A stretch of DNA of 38,584 nucleotides from a virus (taxonomy: Duplodnaviria > Caudoviricetes), in IMG/VR virus record IMGVR_UViG_3300020045_009961, positions 1-38,584 of that record; one strand, given 5' to 3'. This document shows, in pieces, positions 9,543-16,916 of this stretch. The position numbers and the translations under genes are program-made. Position 1 is the stretch's first letter. Each line of letters begins with the position of its first letter. The notes under the pieces are model-generated. The model was not told the origin of the DNA. It saw only the letters and a program-made list of their open reading frames with translations, and made no database searches.

Positions 9543-9764
9543 TTATTCAGGTTCATATTTTTCACACCCTTTCGTTTCATCGCAACAAGCCCGCTCAAAG
9601 ATGTACTTGCCAGTGCAAATTCGCCCACCATTGAGTTTATCGCGTATGACTGACTCAATCATAGCGGGTGTAGCTCCACGGGCTTGATATGAGACGATTT
9701 GAGAGCATTTCCCCCAGCCATCTAGGTCGGTTGAGTGGTCAGGAATGAAGTGTTTGCAGGTCAT
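9543..9764 (-). CDS. Small Cys-rich hypothetical protein
   Basis: TCKHF...GKC...CEKY. Confidence 0.45.
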   Translation of the reverse strand: MTCKHFIPDHSTDLDGWGKCSQIVSYQARGATPAMIESVIRDKLNGGRICTGKYIFERACCDETKGCEKYEPE

Positions 9765-9787
9765 GGGTTTTTCTTATTTAGTATTGT

Positions 9788-10071
9788 GTGACTACTTTGA
9801 ATGCGTAATGTTACTGCTTTATGACTACTTTATTTTTATACATCCCATGAATTTCAAGGCTTGCGACTACTTCGACTACTGTTACGCTTTTTTAAAACTT
9901 TCATCGCCATAGAAAAACAAAATCATAAAAAATAAAAAATCATACCTAAAAGTTGTTACTGCTTTTTTTTCTCTATATACCCCCTTTTAAGTAGTAACAG
10001 TAGTCACAGTAGTAACGGGCTTTATTTATCAATAGCTTATCTGTTACTACTTTGTGACTACTGCGACTACT
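9788..10071. repeat. Iteron array, probable replication origin
   Basis: About 12 copies of a 9-mer close to G(T/C)(G/T)ACT(A/G)CT, three inverted in tandem at 9990-10016, around an AT-rich core, right after the primase-helicase stop. Confidence 0.8.
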
Positions 10072-10075
10072 AAAT

Positions 10076-12541
10076 TCAATCAACATGAACTTTAAACACA
10101 GTAACAAACACATCCTTAGCGCTATCAATACTACCTAACGACCAACCTTTAGCTAATCTAGTATCTGTCTTTGTAAAACCACAAGTCTTTAGAAACATTC
10201 CAAGCCCTATTGCTGTTTTTTTATCAAAATGTGTTATCCCTTTGTCTTTACACCACACCAAATAACTAGCATAAAGCTCTTTACTTGTATAATACTCGTT
10301 CCACTCCTCTAATCCGCCATACAAATACCCATTGTACAAACAATCAAGCAACCATTGAGCATCAGACGGTAATGAGTGGCGGCGTTGTTCTTTCAATCCA
10401 TTAGTTTCTGGTATTTTCCCAGTGTGGAAATTTGAAATATCACGATTTAACGCGCTATGCAAAAAAGCCGCCTGTACTTCTGGATTTCCGCAGTCCATCA
10501 CTAAGCTATTGAAATACTCGGTATCGCCTTTTTTATGCGGTGAAATGTCGAACACGCAGAACCGCCTACCATTTGCAGTAACAGGTACAGCATGGTCTGA
10601 GTTCGTAGACATTATTATTTTTAATCGACTTCTAAACGTTTCTTTTTCGAGTCCTTTGCCCTCAATATTGATAAACTTTTCAGTAACCAATCCCTTTAGC
10701 TTTCCCTCAGCCGCTTTATTCCCAGCAAAAAACGCCTCATCGGCAAATAAAAAACACGTTTCTCTTAATCTGGAATTAAAATTGCCAGTTAGCGATTCAG
10801 GCTCATCAATCTGCCACGCATGAATCCCCCAGATTGCCATTATCAGCTGTATTATTGTGCCTTTACCAGCACCCTCAACTCCTCGTAATACTAAAGACGA
10901 ACCTGCCACGTTTTCAGGGTTTTGGAAAATATACGCCACCCAATCATAAAAATAATCAATCAATTCTTGATTTCCAGCACACACAACATCACAAATATGT
11001 TCATGTATGAGTGCTAAACAGTCGTGGTTTTGCTTTGGTTCAACTGTAAAGCCTTGCCAAGTGTTAAGGGTGTTTTTTGGGTGATTGTTTGCTGGGTCAA
11101 AAATAGTTGATTCGTAGGTTGTTGACTTGTGATGTTTAGCCCACGCTCCGATGTGATTATCGTATTTTGCTTCACCGTTCGCCTTGTACCCGACCTGTAT
11201 TAATTTGTGTTGGTGATTCAATTCAAGTTCAAATTGATTAAAAAACTCATACTTTTTATGTTTTCCAACTTTTTCAGATAGCTCAGATATTCTTAAAATT
11301 CTATGTTTTCCCCCTAGTATTGTCTTACAAAATCTTTGGTTCATGATTTCAACGTGTTTTTCTAGTTGGTCTTGCCAATCAATAGACACTCTTTTATCAT
11401 CAACCAATACACCCTCTATTGATTGCTTGGCTATTTTATAAACAACCCCCCCATGCGCTTGGCTGTATATTTTTGGATTACCATCATTCCAAAAAAATTT
11501 GGCTTTAGTTAAACTCCCGCCATCATAATCAGGTTCAAAAGGGTCACGCATAGTCACGCCATTATGCGAGCCATCCATTTCACAAACTTTAAAAACTCCC
11601 TTCGTTGTCGTAACCTCAAAATCATGTGTTAAAACGTGGTTCTTTAATCCGTTCCAGTCTGATTCTGTTTTGCCCGTGGCAATATACGCGGCTTTCTTTT
11701 TGACAATAACCGCTTCATATTCGGGTCTAACTAACTTTTTAGCCGCGTTTTTTAGTGACTCTATTTGTGCTATTTCATCGGCGGTTAAATCTGGTATTGT
11801 TCGAGTGTCTAAAATATCGCCATCTATGACAACACAGTGATTATATTTTTGAGTTAAGCCATCGTTTAAAATTGGCTTAGCTTCAAATGCCAATCGTTCG
11901 CTATGCCCTAAAACTGTCTGGTCATAAATACCACGCTCTAAAAGCATTGGGTGTATGCCATTGCTTATTAAATAATTCCCATGTCCCGCCAACCACTGCC
12001 TACCCCATATAGCCACCGCAGCGCGTTGTATGTCGCTCATGTCTAGCACTGGTACAAAGATGTGCCGCCCTTTATCGCCAACTATTTCAACACCGTTTTT
12101 GTCAAAAATAAGGCTAGAGCTTGAAGGCTTAACAACCGCGCCAATACCGTTAAATTCTGGCAAAAATCTGTGTAAATCGGCGAATGTTTCGGGTCTACCG
12201 TCAATATCAAACAACATAAAACCAGAATGAGGCAGGTTTTTTAAAAACTCTAAAGAACGCGAAACAGCGTTGTCGCGTGGTTTGTCTTTGATAGTCAGGG
12301 CTATTTTTTCGCCAACAGCTAAAACCGTCTTATCAGGTCTAACAATTGAGCCGATGATAAGAGATTGTTTAATTGTTAGTCTGTTAATATGTTCGGCAAA
12401 ATCGTGTAATGTTTCGCAAGAATGCGCGGTGAAATGCCCGCGTGTTGGGTTTGCCAGTGATGACTTAACTAACTTGCCGTCAACTAAGGATAAGCTTTTA
12501 GCTTGGTTTGTGTCAGCGGTTAAAACAGAGTAATTAAGCAT
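10076..12541 (-). CDS. Primase-helicase (AEP-like N-terminus, SF3/DUF5906-type helicase)
   Basis: MLFDID and GRHIF primase motifs; GVEGAGKG Walker A, FADEA Walker B, MSTN, GRRF. Confidence 0.85.
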   Translation of the reverse strand: MLNYSVLTADTNQAKSLSLVDGKLVKSSLANPTRGHFTAHSCETLHDFAEHINRLTIKQSLIIGSIVRPDKTVLAVGEKIALTIKDKPRDNAVSRSLEFLKNLPHSGFMLFDIDGRPETFADLHRFLPEFNGIGAVVKPSSSSLIFDKNGVEIVGDKGRHIFVPVLDMSDIQRAAVAIWGRQWLAGHGNYLISNGIHPMLLERGIYDQTVLGHSERLAFEAKPILNDGLTQKYNHCVVIDGDILDTRTIPDLTADEIAQIESLKNAAKKLVRPEYEAVIVKKKAAYIATGKTESDWNGLKNHVLTHDFEVTTTKGVFKVCEMDGSHNGVTMRDPFEPDYDGGSLTKAKFFWNDGNPKIYSQAHGGVVYKIAKQSIEGVLVDDKRVSIDWQDQLEKHVEIMNQRFCKTILGGKHRILRISELSEKVGKHKKYEFFNQFELELNHQHKLIQVGYKANGEAKYDNHIGAWAKHHKSTTYESTIFDPANNHPKNTLNTWQGFTVEPKQNHDCLALIHEHICDVVCAGNQELIDYFYDWVAYIFQNPENVAGSSLVLRGVEGAGKGTIIQLIMAIWGIHAWQIDEPESLTGNFNSRLRETCFLFADEAFFAGNKAAEGKLKGLVTEKFINIEGKGLEKETFRSRLKIIMSTNSDHAVPVTANGRRFCVFDISPHKKGDTEYFNSLVMDCGNPEVQAAFLHSALNRDISNFHTGKIPETNGLKEQRRHSLPSDAQWLLDCLYNGYLYGGLEEWNEYYTSKELYASYLVWCKDKGITHFDKKTAIGLGMFLKTCGFTKTDTRLAKGWSLGSIDSAKDVFVTVFKVHVD

Positions 12542-12543
12542 AA

Positions 12544-12720
12544 TTAATCCCCATTTAAAATGCTTTCTATGGTTTGGTTTTTGTCTCTCGATAGCTTCTC
12601 AAATAGTGCCATCCTGATATAATCTGTGACGTGTAAAAGACCTGCTTTTTTTGATTCCTCACTTATCAGGGTTGCTATTTTTGTTGGGACTCTAGCACGC
12701 ACAACAGCATCTTTTTTCAT
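12544..12720 (-). CDS. Ribbon-helix-helix regulator (58 aa)
   Basis: Translated by hand MKKDAVVRARVPTKIATLISEESKKAGLLHVTDYIRMALFEKL...; GGAG RBS. Confidence 0.7.
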   Translation of the reverse strand: MKKDAVVRARVPTKIATLISEESKKAGLLHVTDYIRMALFEKLSRDKNQTIESILNGD

Positions 12721-12736
12721 TTACTCACTCCAATTA

Positions 12737-12762
12737 TGATATAATAAGGCTACATTGTAGCA
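12737..12762. promoter_or_regulatory. Face-to-face extended -10 promoters with palindromic operator
   Basis: Plus strand TG-A-TATAAT; minus strand TG-C-TACAAT; palindrome GCTACA-T-TGTAGC at 12749-12761. Confidence 0.65.
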
Positions 12763-12778
12763 CATGAGGGGAGAGAAT

Positions 12779-13492
12779 ATGAAGTGTAGTTGTTGTGGTA
12801 ATGAGTCTGGCTTTAAATTTTGTAACTCACTAGACTCGATAGGTAGAATTGTTATTAGGAAGTATTGCCCTAAATGTGGTGGCTATGTTGGTCAGCTGTA
12901 TTCTAAATCGGCAACCGATGGGTGTGGTTATGTTTTGGACTTCCGTGATGGTAGTACCGATGATTTTAAGGCTGTAGAATACGAAAGAACTATTGATTTT
13001 TTAGAACAAAACCATAGCCATTGCGGCAATGAAACTGGTGAAATACAGCTAGGGTATAGAATTTTTGGGGATAGAAAGATTTATTGTGTTTTTTGTACTG
13101 GGTGTAGGTCGATAATAGAAAATATTGATGATGGTATCATCACGGCATGGCAACGAGGAGAATGGTGTAGCAGTGATTCTAGGGCAGCAAGGTATATATC
13201 TTTTTCTGTTAATGCTGTGAATTTATCTAGTTTTGATATTCCCGTGGTTTCTCATAAAATCCCAAAAATCCTATTAGACGAATACAACCAATACATTAAC
13301 TCCCCAAAATGGAAACGCAAACGAGAAGCAAGATTAGCGTTAGACAATAACGAATGTAAATTGTGTTTTGCTATCGAAAACCTGAGAGTACACCATGTTT
13401 CATATCAACAACTTGGAGACGAACCCATGAAACACCTTTTAACGGTTTGCCACGATTGTCACACACTAATACATGGACACGATACAAAATGA
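12779..13492 (+). CDS. HNH endonuclease with N-terminal Zn-ribbons
   Basis: YINSPKWKRKR...CKLC...VHHVSY...CHDCHTLIH. Confidence 0.8.
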   Translation: MKCSCCGNESGFKFCNSLDSIGRIVIRKYCPKCGGYVGQLYSKSATDGCGYVLDFRDGSTDDFKAVEYERTIDFLEQNHSHCGNETGEIQLGYRIFGDRKIYCVFCTGCRSIIENIDDGIITAWQRGEWCSSDSRAARYISFSVNAVNLSSFDIPVVSHKIPKILLDEYNQYINSPKWKRKREARLALDNNECKLCFAIENLRVHHVSYQQLGDEPMKHLLTVCHDCHTLIHGHDTK

Positions 13493-13677
13493 CTGTTAAA
13501 AAACTCAAAACAACCCGCAAAGGAATAACAACCGACAAAATACCTCTAACTATCTACGCGGGTTCTGTGGTTCATTTTGTTAATATTAGAGGTTGCTATC
13601 ATGTTAAAATTTTCACTAATTGGATTGGTGAAATTCACAAGCATGGCGCGTATGATATGCACGGCAATAGACCATAA
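13489..13677 (+). CDS. Hypothetical protein
   Basis: ATGA-coupled start MTVKKLK. Confidence 0.5.
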   Translation: MTVKKLKTTRKGITTDKIPLTIYAGSVVHFVNIRGCYHVKIFTNWIGEIHKHGAYDMHGNRP

Positions 13678-13680
13678 ATC

Positions 13681-13941
13681 ATGAGAACCGCAGAATACAC
13701 GGCGTACATGAATAGCGAACGATGGCGATTAAAGCGCGGAATCATCATTCGTCTGTGCGGCTTTAAGTGCCAAATGTGCGGTAGTTCACATAGTGATAAG
13801 AACAGGCTACAGGTACACCATTACACCTACGAACGGCTATACAATGAACACACTGACGACTTAGTAGCATTGTGCAAATCGTGCCATAAAATCGCAGACA
13901 AAGAACGCAAAACACACCCACAAAAAAGGTACAAGCTATGA
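13681..13941 (+). CDS. Small HNH endonuclease
   Basis: YMNSERW...CQMCG...LQVHHYTY...LVALCKSCH. Confidence 0.85.
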   Translation: MRTAEYTAYMNSERWRLKRGIIIRLCGFKCQMCGSSHSDKNRLQVHHYTYERLYNEHTDDLVALCKSCHKIADKERKTHPQKRYKL

Positions 13942-14498
13942 AAGACAATCAAGATGACAGAACAGTAGACTTATTTCCAGAAGACATTATTATCACTAAG
14001 CTTCGGTGCGTTTCGGTATCGCTAAAAGAAAGTAAGGATGAAGTGCGAGTTAGTATGTCACTAAAGGGCTACACTAACGCCCGTTTCGAGACCGACTTGA
14101 ATAATTACGACTATCTCAACGCGGCGGCTGAATTTTTAGTAAAGCAGTGTTGTGGTTATATCAGCTTAGCCCGTGAAAACTTGGCTATGATTGATGAAAA
14201 ATATACCGCTGAAGATTTATGTAATTTCCGTGCTGGGGCTAAAAAGCCAGTTATCAGCGGCGGCAATATCAGCATGACTTACTCAACGCAAGCTGGCTTT
14301 GAGTTAGATGATATTATTGTCGAAAAAGCTACGATGGTTAAGTTGATTGCGCAATGGGTTATGATGCTGGCTAAAGGGGATATTGATATTGCTAATGGTG
14401 CGCTGAATACGGGTTATTTGCGGATTGTTAATTCAGGTGATGATGTTGTGTTTGCTGGGGTAAATTCAGTGTCTTCTAACAATGAAGCAAGGCATTGA
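13938..14498 (+). CDS. Hypothetical protein
   Basis: ATGA-coupled 186-aa ORF. Confidence 0.65.
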   Translation: MKDNQDDRTVDLFPEDIIITKLRCVSVSLKESKDEVRVSMSLKGYTNARFETDLNNYDYLNAAAEFLVKQCCGYISLARENLAMIDEKYTAEDLCNFRAGAKKPVISGGNISMTYSTQAGFELDDIIVEKATMVKLIAQWVMMLAKGDIDIANGALNTGYLRIVNSGDDVVFAGVNSVSSNNEARH

Positions 14499-14545
14499 TG
14501 ATTTAGTGGCTTTGGTTTTCGCTAAAGTCGTGTATAATTGCCGCA

Positions 14546-14645
14546 AACAGGTCTTTGGTAAGTTGTAGGCGCGGTTCGATTCCGTTATTGTTGTATGGTG
14601 GCATCGGGAGACGTAGTACCGTCAGTTCGATTCTGACCGCCTGTT
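14546..14645 (+). ncRNA. tRNA-like RNA with two T-arms
   Basis: Follows TATAAT (14533-14538); AACAGGT/GCCTGTT closing stem; GCGG-TTCGATT-CCGT and GTCAG-TTCGATT-CTGAC. Confidence 0.55.
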
Positions 14646-14658
14646 GTCAGGTTTATCA

Positions 14659-14735
14659 GTTCTCATCGTCTAAAGGTTTAGGATAGTGGTCTTTCAAATC
14701 GCCGATGTTCGGTTCAAGTCCGACTGGGAACGCCA
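14659..14735 (+). tRNA. tRNA-Glu(UUC)
   Basis: Acceptor GTTCTCA/TGGGAAC, anticodon loop CT-TTC-AA, GGTTCAAGTCC T-arm, encoded CCA. Confidence 0.85.
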
Positions 14736-14758
14736 ATTTTTAACACACAAAGGTTTAT

Positions 14759-14962
14759 ATGAGCGATTTTAGAAGCAGATTGTATGAAGAGCATAGTGAA
14801 CTTAATCAGCGCACCGAAAAGTTGAAAAACTTTATTGTTTCTGAAAAATTCGATGATTTGCCAGAAGTTGATAAGGTGGATTTAAAAGAGCAGTTTAAAC
14901 ACATGGAAGCGTATAGTTCAGTATTGAATCGCCGTGTTTCTCGCTGTTGCAATAACGGCTAA
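14759..14962 (+). CDS. crAss001_48-like small helical protein
   Basis: RLYEEHSELNQRTEKLKNFI...LKEQFKHMEAYSSVLNRRV pattern recalled from this family. Confidence 0.65.
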   Translation: MSDFRSRLYEEHSELNQRTEKLKNFIVSEKFDDLPEVDKVDLKEQFKHMEAYSSVLNRRVSRCCNNG

Positions 14963-14970
14963 ATTATTTT

Positions 14971-15041
14971 GCGGATACACAAAGGTTGTTAGCTTGCCTT
15001 CCAAGTAAGTAATTCGAGTTCGATTCTCGATATTCGCTCCA
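14971..15041 (+). tRNA. tRNA-Gly(UCC) with reduced D-arm
   Basis: GCGGATA/TATTCGC-T-CCA; CTTGC-CTTCCAA-GTAAG; TCGAG-TTCGATT-CTCGA; 71 nt. Confidence 0.75.
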
Positions 15042-15044
15042 AGT

Positions 15045-15161
15045 TTTTAAACGCAACCGTAAAAAGGCTAAGACCGAGCATAGTGAATAGGCGTGCTTAC
15101 GCTAGAAAAGTGGTGCTACTCCAATGGTTGAGCGTTAAATTATCTATTCTTGCGTTTAAAA
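15045..15161 (+). ncRNA. Candidate structured RNA
   Basis: Perfect 12-bp stem TTTTAAACGCAA/TTGCGTTTAAAA enclosing 93 nt. Confidence 0.35.
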
Positions 15162-15196
15162 TCAGAACTCACAACTGAGCAAAAGTGAATTAAAGC

Positions 15197-15230
15197 AACC
15201 CGCAACAAGATAATTGTTAGCGGGTTTTTT
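15197..15230 (+). terminator. Intrinsic terminator
   Basis: AACCCGC-AACAA..TTGTT-AGCGGGTTTTTT between convergent units. Confidence 0.8.
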
Positions 15231-15250
15231 GTTGTCTAAAGTTTTAAGGT

Positions 15251-15556
15251 TTAGTTATTTTTACCGCCCTTATATTGTTCTAGCCATGCAGTAGCACAAA
15301 GAGATTTGTATGGCGCAATTAGACCCTGCACATAAGCGTTTTTCATATCATCGTCCGTCCATAATGATTTAGATGCTTCATCAGCCGCTTGCTGGATTCT
15401 ATCAACATAAGTCTCACTATCCTCACCCTTTGATTCATCATAAGGCTCAATCCATCCCTCAGTATGATGATACGCTCTACTTGCCGACCAAACCCTATCA
15501 AGAATTTTGTCGATTGCTTGAATACCTGTTTTTTTGAAATATAAATACCCACTCAT
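15251..15556 (-). CDS. Hypothetical protein
   Basis: 101-aa ORF, AAGGGG RBS. Confidence 0.65.
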   Translation of the reverse strand: MSGYLYFKKTGIQAIDKILDRVWSASRAYHHTEGWIEPYDESKGEDSETYVDRIQQAADEASKSLWTDDDMKNAYVQGLIAPYKSLCATAWLEQYKGGKNN

Positions 15557-15642
15557 TTCAACCCCTTAAAGCATCAATTCTCTTAACACGACACACTAAA
15601 CATATAACACGGTATCGCCAACTTCCAACTCGTTTAAATCAA

Positions 15643-15921
15643 TCATTTGCAACCACCTTTATAGCGATTCTTTAATGCGTCATAAGCTCGTTTCCCACAA
15701 CAAATAACACGCGCCGCCTCATGATAAATAATTTCATCATCTTCAAGCTTAACGGCGTTAATATAACCGCCAATTAACGCCATTTTATTGTAAGTATCGC
15801 GTTCTTCTTTATTGCTAAAAAACATCGATGGATAGACGGGAGGATCTGCCGAATAAACATCAAAAGAATTAAATGGGATTATAGTAAGTATTTCTACAAT
15901 CTTTTCTGGTAATTCACTCAT
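15643..15921 (-). CDS. Hypothetical protein
   Basis: 92-aa ORF, AAGGGG RBS. Confidence 0.6.
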   Translation of the reverse strand: MSELPEKIVEILTIIPFNSFDVYSADPPVYPSMFFSNKEERDTYNKMALIGGYINAVKLEDDEIIYHEAARVICCGKRAYDALKNRYKGGCK

Positions 15922-16000
15922 TTCAGCCCCTTACGTCTAAAATAACAATTCCCATGTGTAACCTGCCTCAAATAGCCCTTTGGATTGCAGAAAAAGCCAC

Positions 16001-16252
16001 CTATTTTCCTGTGCTTTTGCGCTCGCCGCAATCACACCATCCCCACTGATTATATGAGTGGGGTACGCTTTCATCATCAATACAAAGCGCAGCAACAACG
16101 TCATACGAACGTGTGATGTGCGTAATACAGGCGAACGATTTACCACAGTGTTTACAGTATTGATGATGTACTTCACCATCGTCACAACCTACGCCGTCAT
16201 CATGACAGATATTTACACCTTCACCGCAGTACGGACATTCAGCATCACTCAT
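16001..16252 (-). CDS. Zn-finger hypothetical protein
   Basis: CPYCG...CKHCGKSF; ATGA overlap. Confidence 0.65.
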   Translation of the reverse strand: MSDAECPYCGEGVNICHDDGVGCDDGEVHHQYCKHCGKSFACITHITRSYDVVAALCIDDESVPHSYNQWGWCDCGERKSTGK

Positions 16253-16479
16253 AAATCACCCCTAAAATCAGATTCTTCAACATTCCACCCTTTAGCTACC
16301 GCCGCCGCACATATTGCCGCGCGGTGTTTAGTTGGCACGTTATTATTACGCCACCCACGACACGATAAATAATGAACGCCAACAATAGCCCCCATTTTTT
16401 CCCAAGTCTCAAAGATATGTTTTGCTAACGCTTTGCCGAGTAATCCAGCGGGCTTGCGCTTTAGCTTTTGTTTTTCCAT
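16249..16479 (-). CDS. Cro-like HTH regulator
   Basis: Start MEKQK behind AGGAG; FETWEKMGAIVGVHYLSCRGWRNNNVP; first gene of a divergent unit. Confidence 0.6.
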   Translation of the reverse strand: MEKQKLKRKPAGLLGKALAKHIFETWEKMGAIVGVHYLSCRGWRNNNVPTKHRAAICAAAVAKGWNVEESDFRGDL

Positions 16480-16517
16480 GTCATACTCCTTTGCTAAAAA
16501 TAAACTTGTATTGTACA

Positions 16518-16560
16518 CTAATAAAAACTAATAAAAAACTAATAAAAAACCAATAAAAAA
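16518..16560 (+). repeat. Four tandem C(T/C)AATAAAAA(A) repeats
   Basis: 10-11 bp period between divergent genes. Confidence 0.85.
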
Positions 16561-16563
16561 TCG

Positions 16564-16591
16564 TTGACAATAAAATTTATAGGCGTATATT
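16564..16591 (+). promoter_or_regulatory. Sigma70 early promoter
   Basis: TTGACA-16-TATATT, followed by a 12-bp hairpin (16603-16652) and a terminator-like hairpin (16681-16702). Confidence 0.7.
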
Positions 16592-16752
16592 GTCTAGCTA
16601 AGAAAACATAAACCGTTAGCCACTCACAAGCGGCTATCGGGGTTTATGTTTTGAGATACACCTAAAGGTAGCAACACTCACACCGCCCACGCGGTGCTTT
16701 TTATTCATACGCTAAGCGGTCGGCGATTAGACCGCGTAATCTGGAGAACGAC

Positions 16753-16902
16753 ATGAGACCTCATATTTTTAAATTCACTCTAAAAAGTGGCAAAGTAATA
16801 ACCGTTAAAGAGTGGTTTGTTAGTGACAAAAAAGACGCTCTTAATCAGCTTTATTCCATGTTTAAATACAAGCCCACAATCGTTGGTTTTTACTCAAATT
16901 AA
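16753..16902 (+). CDS. Small early protein (49 aa)
   Basis: Translated by hand MRPHIFKFTLKSGK...; AATCTGGAGAA RBS. Confidence 0.6.
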   Translation: MRPHIFKFTLKSGKVITVKEWFVSDKKDALNQLYSMFKYKPTIVGFYSN

Positions 16903-16916
16903 TCTGGAGGACGACA

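Noticed and set aside
9788-10071. Repeat cluster as a CRISPR array
   Set aside because: Units are 9 bp, irregularly spaced and in both orientations, with no spacers or cas genes; fits iterons
14659-15041. tRNAs as prophage attachment site or sign of genetic-code reassignment
   Set aside because: Phage genes lie on both sides, no integrase or duplicated tRNA 3' end was seen, anticodons are sense, and long genes read intact in code 11
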